Source: an uncultured Clostridia bacterium (GTDB lineage: Bacteria > Bacillota > Clostridia > Oscillospirales > Acutalibacteraceae). From it: DNA of 64,000 nt. The first letter of the stretch is position 1. Every line of letters starts with the position of its first letter. A program made the position numbers and the translations under genes. Positions 32,318 through 41,029 of the stretch are shown here, one piece after another. The notes under the pieces were generated by a model. That model was not told where the DNA came from. It searched no databases and saw only the letters and a program-made list of their open reading frames with translations. Location: positions 2,883 through 66,882 of the forward strand of contig CANARN010000003.1 of the NCBI GenBank assembly GCA_947364045.1. Direction: 5' to 3'.

Positions 32318-35300
32318 AAGAACCGATATACACAAAATTCTCGTCATAGGCTCAGGACCTATTGTAATAGGTCAGGCGGCAGAGTTTGACTATGCAGGCA
32401 CACAAGCTTGCCTTGCTTTAAAGGAAGAGGGCTATGAAGTAATTCTGTGTAACTCAAACCCCGCAACCATAATGACCGACCCGTCAATTGCCGACAAGGT
32501 ATATATGGAACCTCTGACCCTTGAATACATAGCAAAAATCGTCAGAAAAGAGCGCCCTGACGCAATTCTCCCCGGAATAGGCGGTCAGACAGGGCTTAAC
32601 CTTGCAATGCAGTTAGAGTCAAAGGGAATTTTAAAAGAATGTAATACAGAATTGCTCGGCACTCCGGGCGACAGTATTGAAAAAGCCGAGGACAGAGAAC
32701 TGTTTAAAGAGCTTTGCCTTTCCCTCGGCGAGCCAATTTTACCCTCTGAAATTGCAAATTCAGAGGATGAGGGTTATGAAGTGGCAAAAAAAATCGGCTA
32801 TCCTGTCGTTCTCCGCCCTGCATTCACCTTAGGAGGAACCGGCGGCGGCTTTGCCGAAAACGAGGAAGAACTGTCACATCTTTTGAAAAATGCCCTGACT
32901 CTCTCCCCTGTTCATCAGGTATTGATTGAAAAAAGCGTTAAAGGATATAAAGAGATTGAATATGAGGTAATAAGAGATGCAAATGACACGGCAATAACGG
33001 TCTGCAATATGGAAAATCTTGACCCTGTCGGTATTCACACAGGCGACTCAATTGTAGTCTGCCCGTCGCAGACGCTTACCAACAAAGAGTACCATATGCT
33101 TCGCGACAGCGCTCTTAAAATTATCCGCGCGCTGAAAATTGAGGGCGGCTGCAATGTTCAGTTTGCCCTTGACCCGAAATCCTTTCAGTATTATTTAATT
33201 GAGGTAAATCCCCGCGTTTCACGCTCGTCCGCTCTTGCTTCAAAGGCGAGCGGATACCCCATTGCGCACGTTTCGGCAAAAATCAGCGTGGGACTGCGCC
33301 TTGACGAAATAAGGCTTGCCAACACACTTGCTTCCTTTGAGCCTGCGCTCGATTATGTTGTCACGAAAATCCCCCGTTTCCCCTTCGACAAATTTGCAGA
33401 TGCAAATAATTCTCTCAGCACGCAAATGAAAGCTACGGGCGAGGTTATGAGTGTGGGCAGAACAATGGAGGAAAGTCTTTTAAAGGCTGTGCGCTCGCTT
33501 GAAACGGGTGTTGACCGACTTCATATGAAGAAATTTGACAACGAGAACACAGAAGCCTTAACAGAATACATTAAAATCGGCACGGACGACCGAATTTTTG
33601 CTCTTGCAGAGCTTTTACGCCGCGGAAAAAGCGTTGAAGAAATAGCTGATATTACAAAAATCGATGCATTTTTCCTTAGAAAAATCAGAAATATAATTTC
33701 CGCTGAAAATGAGCTTAAAGAGCATAAAAACGACCCTGAATATCTGAAATATGCCAAAAGACTCGGCTTTTCCGACTCGGCAATAGGTCATATCTGGGGC
33801 AAGACTCAGAAAGAAATATTTGAATTACGTCAACAGCACAAAATTTTACCAACCTACAAGATGATTGACACCTGCGCTTCGGAATTTAAAAGCTATGTGC
33901 CGTATTTTTATTCAACCTATGAAGAGGAAAACGAGTCGATTATCTCAGACCGCAAAAAAATTGTAGTACTCGGCTCAGGTCCTATTCGCATAGGTCAGGG
34001 CGTTGAATTTGACTACTCAACTGTTCACGCAGTTAAAACCATTAAGGAGTCCGGCTACGAAGCAATAATAATCAACAACAATCCCGAAACCGTTTCGACC
34101 GATTACACTACCTCTGACAAGCTGTATTTTGAACCGCTGACACCAGAAGACGTTATGAACGTAATTGCCCTTGAAAAGCCCGACGGCGTTATTGTGTCCC
34201 TCGGCGGTCAGACAGCCGTAAACCTTGCAGAGCCGTTAAACGAATACGGCGTAAAGCTTGTAGGCACAGACTGCGCGGCTATTGAAAAAGCAGAAAACCG
34301 TAAATCCTTTGAAAAGCTCCTGTCAGAGCTTAACATTCCCCAGCCTAAAGGTCAGGCGGTTACAAGCATTGAGGAGGGCATTGCGGCGGCAGAGGAAATC
34401 GGCTACCCTGTGCTTGTACGTCCGTCCTTTGTTTTAGGCGGCAGAGCAATGCAGATTGTGGCAAAGGAAGCCGATTTAAAACATTACCTCAGAACAGCCG
34501 TTGAAATTGACAAGGATAAGCCTGTGCTTGTTGACAAGTACATTAAAGGCAAGGAGCTTGAGGTGGACGCAATATGCGACGGCGCCGACGTTTTCGTTCC
34601 GGGAATTATGGAATTAGTTGAGCGGACGGGCGTACATTCCGGCGACTCTATGAGCGTTTACCCCACCTTCAGCGTTTCGGACAAGGTTAAAGGGACTATC
34701 CTTGAGTACACCAAAAAGCTGGGTGTAGGCATAGGCATTATCGGTCTTTACAACATTCAGTTCATTGTAGACGAAAATGAGAATGTGTATATTATCGAGG
34801 TAAATCCACGCTCATCAAGAACCGTTCCGTTCCTGTCAAAAGCAACGGGATATTCGCTTGCCGACATTGCAACTAATGTAATCCTCGGCAAAAGTCTAAA
34901 GGAGCAGGGCTTTTTCAGACTGTATCCCGAAGAGAAAAAGCGTTATTACGTTAAAGCGCCTGCATTTTCATTTTCAAAGCTTCGCGGAATGGACGCTTAC
35001 CTCTCCCCTGAAATGAAATCCACAGGCGAGGCAATAGGCTATGACAAAACTCTTCACAGAGCGCTTTATAAGGCGCTTATCGCTTCGGGACTTAAGATTC
35101 TGAATTACGGCACCGTAATAGTAACCCTTGCAGACGAGGACAAGGAAGAGGCTCTGCCCCTTGTTAAACGCTTTTACGATATGGGCTTTAATATTGAAGC
35201 GACAGTAGGCACGGCGGATTTCCTTAAAAATCACGGAATAAGAACAAGAATCCGCAGAAAAATCAGCGAAGGCAGTACGGAAATTCTTGAGGCAATACGC

Positions 35301-35492
35301 GCGGGCTATGTAAGCTATGTAATAAACACAAGAGCCATTCTTTCGGGAGTGCATTATGAGGACGGCGTTGCAATCCGCAACTGCGCAGTTGAAAACGGAA
35401 TTACAACATTTACATCTCTTGACACCGTTAAGGTTTTGCTTGACGTATTAGAGGAAATAACAATGGGCATTTCAACTATTGACGAGTTTTAA
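32310..35492 (+). CDS. carB: Carbamoyl-phosphate synthase large subunit
   Basis: 1060 aa with duplicated ATP-grasp halves ([19 protein letters not shown] / [19 protein letters not shown]) and a C-terminal MGS-like domain. 8-nt overlap with carA. Confidence 0.97.
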   Translation: MPKRTDIHKILVIGSGPIVIGQAAEFDYAGTQACLALKEEGYEVILCNSNPATIMTDPSIADKVYMEPLTLEYIAKIVRKERPDAILPGIGGQTGLNLAMQLESKGILKECNTELLGTPGDSIEKAEDRELFKELCLSLGEPILPSEIANSEDEGYEVAKKIGYPVVLRPAFTLGGTGGGFAENEEELSHLLKNALTLSPVHQVLIEKSVKGYKEIEYEVIRDANDTAITVCNMENLDPVGIHTGDSIVVCPSQTLTNKEYHMLRDSALKIIRALKIEGGCNVQFALDPKSFQYYLIEVNPRVSRSSALASKASGYPIAHVSAKISVGLRLDEIRLANTLASFEPALDYVVTKIPRFPFDKFADANNSLSTQMKATGEVMSVGRTMEESLLKAVRSLETGVDRLHMKKFDNENTEALTEYIKIGTDDRIFALAELLRRGKSVEEIADITKIDAFFLRKIRNIISAENELKEHKNDPEYLKYAKRLGFSDSAIGHIWGKTQKEIFELRQQHKILPTYKMIDTCASEFKSYVPYFYSTYEEENESIISDRKKIVVLGSGPIRIGQGVEFDYSTVHAVKTIKESGYEAIIINNNPETVSTDYTTSDKLYFEPLTPEDVMNVIALEKPDGVIVSLGGQTAVNLAEPLNEYGVKLVGTDCAAIEKAENRKSFEKLLSELNIPQPKGQAVTSIEEGIAAAEEIGYPVLVRPSFVLGGRAMQIVAKEADLKHYLRTAVEIDKDKPVLVDKYIKGKELEVDAICDGADVFVPGIMELVERTGVHSGDSMSVYPTFSVSDKVKGTILEYTKKLGVGIGIIGLYNIQFIVDENENVYIIEVNPRSSRTVPFLSKATGYSLADIATNVILGKSLKEQGFFRLYPEEKKRYYVKAPAFSFSKLRGMDAYLSPEMKSTGEAIGYDKTLHRALYKALIASGLKILNYGTVIVTLADEDKEEALPLVKRFYDMGFNIEATVGTADFLKNHGIRTRIRRKISEGSTEILEAIRAGYVSYVINTRAILSGVHYEDGVAIRNCAVENGITTFTSLDTVKVLLDVLEEITMGISTIDEF

Positions 35493-35564
35493 AAAATATA
35501 GCACAACTTGTAGAGGTAACTTTCCGCTCCCTCTTAGAGTTTAGTGGAGTTTTTGCTCTCACCT

Positions 35565-35591
35565 TGTAGGGTGCGACGACCTCGGCGCACC
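35565..35591 (+). repeat. GTAGGG-hairpin repeat copy
   Basis: TGTAGGGTGCGACGACCTCGGCGCACC in the carB downstream spacer. Confidence 0.5.
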
Positions 35592-35729
35592 GTTGTAATA
35601 AAATTAATAAATATCGCAAATTCTGTTACTTTTTCCACCTCGGCTCAGTATGAGGATTCTCGGCTCTCCTGAAAGGGGAGCTGTCAAGCGTCAGCGAGAC
35701 TGAGGGGTTAAATTTTGTTACTGTAACGA

Positions 35730-35752
35730 GCTGTCGGGTCGACAGCCCCTAC
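35730..35752 (-). repeat. GTAGGGG-hairpin repeat copy
   Basis: In minus sense: GTAGGGGCTGTCG-ACC-CGACAGC. Confidence 0.5.
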
Positions 35753-35780
35753 TGTTCGATGAGTATAGTCTCCCCACGAA

Positions 35781-35816
35781 TAAAACAAACAGGACAGGCG
35801 ATTTTTTCACCTGCCC
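35781..35816 (-). terminator. Terminator of the surface-protein gene
   Basis: In minus sense: GGGCAGG-TGAAAAAATCG-CCTGTCC (one G.U pair) followed by TGTTTGTTTT. Confidence 0.55.
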
Positions 35817-35842
35817 TTTTTCTTATGTGTATTTTTAAATAA

Positions 35843-37003
35843 TTATTTTCTTAATCTTTTCTTTTTATTATATGCGATTACGGCTGTTCCGCTGAGTGCC
35901 ATAACTGCAAAGACTGCGGTTACGGGTGACGAACCGTCTGTATTGGGAATTTCAACATTGGGTTTTGATGGCTTATCGGTTTTGTCGGAACTGCTCGGGT
36001 TACCGCTCTTTTTTACCTCAAGCTGCGTTGTCGCTTTGCCGTCTGTAAAGCATATTTCAACCGTGTGAGTGCCTTCGCTGAGCGTTTTGAGGTATTCGCT
36101 CTTAAACTCCACTACCGTACTGCCCTTTGAGGCGGTGTAATTACTGCTGTCAACGGTTTTGCCGTCCACATTAACGCCCGTAAACTTGCTGAAATCACCG
36201 TCCGCCGTGATTTTAAGGGATTTTGTATCTGCATTTACAACAGCATTTGCCCCGTCTGTAATTTTATATTCTTCATCGGGAGTATAATTTACATCTAATG
36301 TTGAGATGTCAATGGATTTGTCACACTTATCAAACAGATAAAAACTTTCATTAAAATTAGAATTGCCATAAAAATCAAATTTACCATTATTATTTAGACA
36401 CAAAATTTCAACAACGGCAACTGGATTATTAAATTTTCCGTCTCTGAAATCAAACGTACTGTGACAAACATTGTTTGAATCAATAACTATTTCATATCCG
36501 TCAGCTAAACTATTTCTTGTATTATAATATCCCTCACTGGAACACTGGTATTCCATATCAATAATCTTATCATAAGAACAACCATCTATTTCTTCCAAAT
36601 TTGAAAAACCGCAATAGTGACCCTCACCCATATTAATGTTTTCATACTTGAAATAACTACCAAACCACTCATTCTGGTTAATCTTTGCTTTTCCCTCTAA
36701 TTCAAAAATAGTAAATCGATATGTGGGAATATCATATCTACCTTTATATGCATCTTCACTATATGCGTCGTACCTATGTTCATATGTTTCATTGAATAGA
36801 ACAAAATCCGCAACTTTTTCCAAATCAAAAGTCACGTTAGTTCCGGGGATTTTTACCGTTATGTTTTCGACATAATTATACGTCCTGTTTGTGCCGGGGA
36901 TTGTTGACGGAACTCTTTTATGCGTGTCCGCCGCAAAAGCGGAAACAATAAAGGATAAACCCATTATAACCGCCAATAATAACGCTGTAATTTTCTTTTT
37001 CAT
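35843..37003 (-). CDS. Secreted surface protein with a C-terminal sortase-type sorting signal
   Basis: 386 aa. Signal peptide MKKKITALLLAVIMGLSFIVSAFA, a C-terminal Ig-like segment, then IPNTD-G + hydrophobic helix + KKKRLRK tail. Confidence 0.75.
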   Translation of the reverse strand: MKKKITALLLAVIMGLSFIVSAFAADTHKRVPSTIPGTNRTYNYVENITVKIPGTNVTFDLEKVADFVLFNETYEHRYDAYSEDAYKGRYDIPTYRFTIFELEGKAKINQNEWFGSYFKYENINMGEGHYCGFSNLEEIDGCSYDKIIDMEYQCSSEGYYNTRNSLADGYEIVIDSNNVCHSTFDFRDGKFNNPVAVVEILCLNNNGKFDFYGNSNFNESFYLFDKCDKSIDISTLDVNYTPDEEYKITDGANAVVNADTKSLKITADGDFSKFTGVNVDGKTVDSSNYTASKGSTVVEFKSEYLKTLSEGTHTVEICFTDGKATTQLEVKKSGNPSSSDKTDKPSKPNVEIPNTDGSSPVTAVFAVMALSGTAVIAYNKKKRLRK

Positions 37004-37025
37004 AAAATTTCTCCTCTAATTTCGT

Positions 37026-37070
37026 ATTGTAACAAATTGTTACATTTTTATTGTAACAGATTGTTACAAT
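37026..37070. promoter_or_regulatory. Twin palindromic operators overlapping two divergent extended -10 boxes
   Basis: TGTAACA-AAT-TGTTACA (37028-37044) and TGTAACA-GAT-TGTTACA (37052-37068), with centres 24 bp apart. The outer half-sites read TGTTACAAT outward on each strand (37026-37034 minus, 37062-37070 plus). Confidence 0.6.
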
Positions 37071-37105
37071 AAAGTCAAGAATTTTTTGAGGTGATTTTTT
37101 TGAAA

Positions 37106-37309
37106 ATGAAGGGTTTATCAAACATAAGAAAAGAAAGAAACCTTAATCAGCAAAAGGTAGCAATGGATCTTTCCATAAGCAGAGAATCACTTTCATATTA
37201 TGAAAACGGAAAAAGAAGTCCCGACATTGAAATGCTTTGCAGACTTTCCGAATACTTTAACGTATCCATTGATTATTTGATAAGAGGCGAAGATTTTCAA
37301 AATAAATAA
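37106..37309 (+). CDS. XRE-family HTH transcriptional regulator
   Basis: ~67 aa (ATG at 37106; TTG at 37100 is also possible). Contains QQKVAMDLSISRESLSYYENGKRSPDIEMLCRLSEYFNVSIDYLI. Confidence 0.8.
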   Translation: MKGLSNIRKERNLNQQKVAMDLSISRESLSYYENGKRSPDIEMLCRLSEYFNVSIDYLIRGEDFQNK

Positions 37310-37321
37310 TTTATATATAAA

Positions 37322-37351
37322 TTAAAAACGGACAGGAATAAAATCCTGCCC
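37322..37351 (-). terminator. Terminator of the SDR gene (also closes the XRE gene)
   Basis: In minus sense: GGGCAGGA-TTTTAT-TCCTGTCC followed by GTTTTT. A T-run also lies on the plus side. Confidence 0.55.
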
Positions 37352-37410
37352 ATAATTTTTTTTATACTGTTTTACATTTTAACAAAAAATTTTTCCTGCT
37401 ATATATTACT

Positions 37411-38139
37411 TTATATATTCATTCCGCCGTTGACCGCAATGTCCTGCCCCGTTATGAAATCTGCATCCGCTGAAACGAGAAACGCCACCGCACCTGCCAC
37501 ATCCTCAGGAGTGCCTATTCTTCCCAGGGGCGTTTCGTCTTTAAGCGTGTTCATCGTATCCTCATCAAAATGCGAGGTCATATCGGTCAGTATTACCCCC
37601 GGCGACACGCAGTTGACCGTAATCCCCGAAGGCCCGACCTCTTTGGCAAGCGCCTTTGTCATACCGATAATTCCAGCCTTCGCCGCTGAATAATGCACCT
37701 CGCACGAGCCGCCCGTTTCGCCCCAAATTGAAGCGATATTTATAATTTTGCCCATCTTTCTGTGAATCATAAACGGCAAAACCGCCCTCGCACAGTAAAA
37801 TGCGCCGCCGAGGTTTGTGTCAATCATTTTATGCCACATTTCATCGGTAATATCTGTAAAAAGCGACTGCTCCGCAATTCCTGCATTGTTAACAAGCACC
37901 GCAATTTCGCCGAAAGCATTTTCAATATCCGCAATTACGAAATTCACATTAACGCTGTCCGTTACATCAAGCCGAAAAGCTCTTGCAGTACCCCCTGCCG
38001 CAATAATATCCGCCGCAGTTTTTTCTGCCGCCGCCCCTGAATTATTATAGCAAACAGCGATTTTGTATCCGTCCTTTGCAAGCCGCAGGGCAATTGCTCT
38101 GCCTATTCCCTTTCCTGCTCCTGTAATAACCGCAACCAT
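37411..38139 (-). CDS. SDR-family oxidoreductase (3-oxoacyl-ACP reductase-like)
   Basis: 242 aa. TGAGKGIG, NNAG and YSAAK motifs. Confidence 0.85.
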   Translation of the reverse strand: MVAVITGAGKGIGRAIALRLAKDGYKIAVCYNNSGAAAEKTAADIIAAGGTARAFRLDVTDSVNVNFVIADIENAFGEIAVLVNNAGIAEQSLFTDITDEMWHKMIDTNLGGAFYCARAVLPFMIHRKMGKIINIASIWGETGGSCEVHYSAAKAGIIGMTKALAKEVGPSGITVNCVSPGVILTDMTSHFDEDTMNTLKDETPLGRIGTPEDVAGAVAFLVSADADFITGQDIAVNGGMNI

Positions 38140-38334
38140 TTTTTCGCCCCGTTTCGTTTAAAATCTTTCGGAAAATATTTATATTAGTTTAACATAAAAT
38201 TTAATAAATTGCACTAAAAGACTTGAAAAAATCAAAGAATTATTTTATAATATCTTCCGCTGATAAATTTCTGCGTTATTCAATAGCTTTTATCGCTTAC
38301 ATAAACAACAAAATAAGTTTTCTTATTTTTATAT

Positions 38335-38510
38335 GCTGATATGGCTCAGTTGGGCGAAGAACGAGCTGCTGCCGATGACAGATGCAAGCGAAGTTCTGAG
38401 GTGAAAAAACAAGGAGCAATGCGAAACGCCACAAGTGAGCAGTGCGACTATGTTTTTGAGGGAAGAGCAGCGCATTCGTAATGAACAGGTCTTTGGATGT
38501 CGTTAAGAAT
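38335..38510 (+). pseudogene. tRNA-Thr-like pseudogene interrupted in the D-loop by a dispersed repeat
   Basis: GCTGATATGGCTCAGTTGGG (acceptor + D-arm), then a 109-bp insert (38353-38461), then AGAGCAGCGCATTCGTAATGAACAGGTC. That last segment matches 24/27 nt of the downstream tRNA-Thr D/anticodon arm. The anticodon stem, T-arm and 3' acceptor are degenerate. Confidence 0.5.
38353..38461 (+). repeat. Dispersed ~90-110 bp element, copy B (with an internal ~25-bp duplication)
   Basis: GGCGAAG...GTGAAAAAACAAGGAGCAATGCGA...GAGCAGTGCGACTATGTTTTTGAGG. Collinear with 17999-18085. Confidence 0.6.
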
Positions 38511-38559
38511 ACTTTTCAAAACCACAGCACAGAAATATAAAAACAACAAAACTAAATAC

Positions 38560-38635
38560 GCTACTGTGGCTCAGCAGGTAGAGCAGCTCACTCGTAATGA
38601 GCAGGTCGTCCGTTCGAATCGGATCAGTAGCTCCA
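38560..38635 (+). tRNA. tRNA-Thr (anticodon CGT)
   Basis: 76-nt cloverleaf folded by hand: acceptor GCTACTG/CAGTAGC, D-arm GCTC-AGCAGGTA-GAGC, anticodon arm GCTCA-CTCGTAA-TGAGC, T-arm GTCCG-TTCGAAT-CGGAT, encoded CCA. Confidence 0.93.
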
Positions 38636-38637
38636 AA

Positions 38638-38671
38638 AAATCCCTATCCCGTTTTCTTGGAATAGGGATTT
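38638..38671 (+). terminator. Hairpin after tRNA-Thr
   Basis: AAATCCCTAT ... ATAGGGATTT 10-bp stem. The T-tract is short. Confidence 0.5.
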
Positions 38672-38761
38672 ATAATGTTGTTCATCTTTTTTATTTTCAA
38701 CAAATTAATTTTTCTGTTTGTTTTTTCTGTTTCAATAAACTAAAATACAGCCTGTATAATG

Positions 38762-39901
38762 TTAAGGTTTGCTATCCTCAAAAACATCAGAGATTTCAGT
38801 CGAAACAACAATAATTTGTGTTGCAGACTCCGTTGTGCTGTCAGTTACCGTGGAAGCTGTACTCTCCGTTGTACTTGCCGTATTGCTTTCAGGTGTACTT
38901 ACAGTTGGTTTTTGGGTTGTGCTTTCTGTCGGTTTTGCTGTTGACGGGTCAGTAGACGGAACATAGCTTTCAAGAACAATTGCCTGTCTGCCCAATAAAA
39001 CCCATTTATCGTTAAAGGCAGAGTATGTATACTTTACCTTTCCGTAATAAGGATCCGTAATATAAACATAACTTCCGTCATAACCGGAGAGAACCATAAC
39101 GTGCGTTCCTCTTGGATACTCAAAATACTTGTCGCTGCCGTCAGGTTGTTTAATATACCAGCTGTTGACATATTTGGGAGTTTTCATATTATCCGTTGCC
39201 CAAACTATAACAGGCTTATTACTGTCTAACTGTGAAAGCAGGTCCTTAAAACTGCATCCTGTTATATTTTTGGCTATATGCCGAGAACCCTTGCGTCCGA
39301 TTACGCTGTTCAGCGCTCTTGTGATAACGGGCGAAAACGCGCCGTATCCGGGTCGGTCGTCTGTATGTGTTTTTGTTGGGTCACCAACGAATTTTTCATA
39401 TATGCTCGGTCCGTAAACCTTACCGTTTTCTTTATATAAATCATCTCGCGGGATTGCAGCTATCATCTCGTCAAGTGTTACATTATAGCCGTGATATTTT
39501 AACAGCATAGTGGCGGACGCACCCTCACAGCCTGTCGGATATTTGGGATTCTGCTTAACAATCGGAACATCAAGTATAACCTTCTTACTCTTAGATGCAG
39601 GCTTTTTCGGAGGCGGAGCAGGATTTTTCTTTGGCTTATATACCTTAGTTACAGGCGCCGCCGGCGGTTTAGTTACCTTTTCTGTTGTAGATTCTTCGGT
39701 TGTGCTTTCAGACGAACTTTCGGTAACTGATTCAGTAATAGAATCCGTAACAGTTTGTGAAAGCTTTTCGGGGGACGTGGGAACTTTGCCGCCGAATGTG
39801 CCGTGCTTATACAGCACGCAAACAGCTACAACCGCTATCATCAGCACTCCGCCTATGACACTGCCTATCACCGCTTTTTGCTTTTTACTTAATTTTTTCA
39901 C
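38762..39901 (-). CDS. Membrane-anchored C39-like (papain-fold) cysteine peptidase with Ser/Thr-rich linkers
   Basis: Peptidase_C39_2-type core (LDVPIVKQNPKYPTGCEGASATMLLKYHGYNV ... GTHVMVLSGYDG). N-terminal KK-rich segment + TM. S/T/E/P-rich regions flank the core. There is no ATG near the N-terminus; GTG at 39901 is preferred (GAAGGAG upstream), and the track ORF extends to 39973. Confidence 0.7.
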   Translation of the reverse strand: MKKLSKKQKAVIGSVIGGVLMIAVVAVCVLYKHGTFGGKVPTSPEKLSQTVTDSITESVTESSSESTTEESTTEKVTKPPAAPVTKVYKPKKNPAPPPKKPASKSKKVILDVPIVKQNPKYPTGCEGASATMLLKYHGYNVTLDEMIAAIPRDDLYKENGKVYGPSIYEKFVGDPTKTHTDDRPGYGAFSPVITRALNSVIGRKGSRHIAKNITGCSFKDLLSQLDSNKPVIVWATDNMKTPKYVNSWYIKQPDGSDKYFEYPRGTHVMVLSGYDGSYVYITDPYYGKVKYTYSAFNDKWVLLGRQAIVLESYVPSTDPSTAKPTESTTQKPTVSTPESNTASTTESTASTVTDSTTESATQIIVVSTEISDVFEDSKP

Positions 39902-40073
39902 TTCTAATTTTATTGCTCCTTCTCTCACATTCCTTATGTTGCATATGAATCTTACTGTACGTCGGTACAACAATACGGCGAAAGGGTATCCGAAAATCTT
40001 CCTCCGCCGTACTGCTTATTTGAATATAATTAATAAGCTCTCAATATGCACCGATAATCTTATTAGTTTTCAG

Positions 40074-40214
40074 TTAATTTGCTTTTTTGAGCTTGTAAAC
40101 AAAAGCGCCGACCACAGTGAATAGCATCATAGCCCCGAAAACCGAAGCAACTGTATAAACATCTGCATTCTCTGTTGTGTTTGGAATTGCAGTGTATATA
40201 ACGAGTCTGATGTT
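40074..40214 (-). pseudogene. Orphan C-terminal sorting signal (remnant of a surface-protein gene)
   Basis: 46 codons open after an in-frame TAA: ...YTAIPNTTENADVYTVASVFGAMMLFTVVGAFVYKLKKAN-stop. The layout (IPNT motif + TM + basic tail) matches the end of the 35843-37003 protein. No start codon or upstream ORF. Confidence 0.5.
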
Positions 40215-40613
40215 TTATCGTTAATCTATTCCGCAGCAAACACATTTCTGTCTTTAAAATAATTTATACTTCTGCATCTCTTACAATGCTCTATTTTAAA
40301 ATTTTACCAAACGAAAATATAAATTTCTATATTCTGTCAGCATACAGTACGAAATAATTTCTGCTTATTCAAACGGATTTGAGAGTTTTTCATATTATTA
40401 TATATTGATGCTTGATGATACCAGCGGACTTTCGAATTTTATTGTTGCTTTTCAAGATTTATATCATAAATAATGCGATATAATTTAAAATAAAATATAT
40501 AAAAAAATTGTATGAAAACAGTATCTGCCGTAATGTAGCAATAAGAAATAATATAATTAAACACTGAGGACAAACGCCGAAATTAATAAAAACCGCCAGT
40601 TGAATGAATTTGT

Positions 40614-40650
40614 CAAAAAAATCACTGCAAAGTTGTATCTCCACAGTGAT
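40614..40650 (-). terminator. Rho-independent terminator ending the cohesin/dockerin transcription unit
   Basis: In minus sense: ATCACTG-16 nt-CAGTGAT followed by T7. Confidence 0.6.
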
Positions 40651-40900
40651 CAAAGATTAAAGTATACATTCCAAGCATACTTTATAATCTAACACAATCA
40701 TACGGTATTACGACATCAATCTCAAGACGTGTTAATCCATATAACTATGCATTAGCAGAAAAAATTCTTTTCTATGCATAAAACAGAATGTATTTTCAGA
40801 GTCAAACTCTCCCGCTATGAGAAAGCAAGCCTCCTCATAGTTAAAAACCTCGTTTCTGCAATAGCTCCAAATAAAACTAATTCCGCTTTTTATTATAAAA

Positions 40901-41029
40901 TTACTGCTGCCAATTTGCATCATTAGCAAAAGTTAAATCCGGAGTTTCTATTCCGCCGCTTAAAGTAATAATGTTTTCGATTTCAAAACAAATAACAGTG
41001 AAATCCGGCTTTTCATAACTGTTTTTCAT
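40901..41029 (-). CDS. 42-aa peptide with a double-glycine leader-like N-terminus
   Basis: AAAGGAG lies 8 nt upstream of the ATG. Sequence: MKNSYEKPDFTVICFEIENIITLSGG-IETPDLTFANDANWQQ. Hydrophobic residues fall at -4, -7, -12 and -15 relative to GG. Overlaps the 3' end of the upstream cohesin gene by 17 nt. Confidence 0.55.
   Translation of the reverse strand: MKNSYEKPDFTVICFEIENIITLSGGIETPDLTFANDANWQQ

Noticed and set aside
38497-38966. Plus-strand ORFs overlapping tRNA-Thr and lying antisense to the C39-like peptidase gene
   Set aside because: One reads straight through the tRNA gene and its terminator. The others are low-complexity antisense translations of a Ser/Thr-rich coding region.
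40250-40929. Small ORFs 40459-40653 (-) and 40732-40929 (-) downstream of the 42-aa peptide gene
   Set aside because: Neither has an SD. One begins inside the terminator hairpin, and the other overlaps the peptide gene's 3' end out of frame. Their composition reflects AT-rich non-coding DNA.
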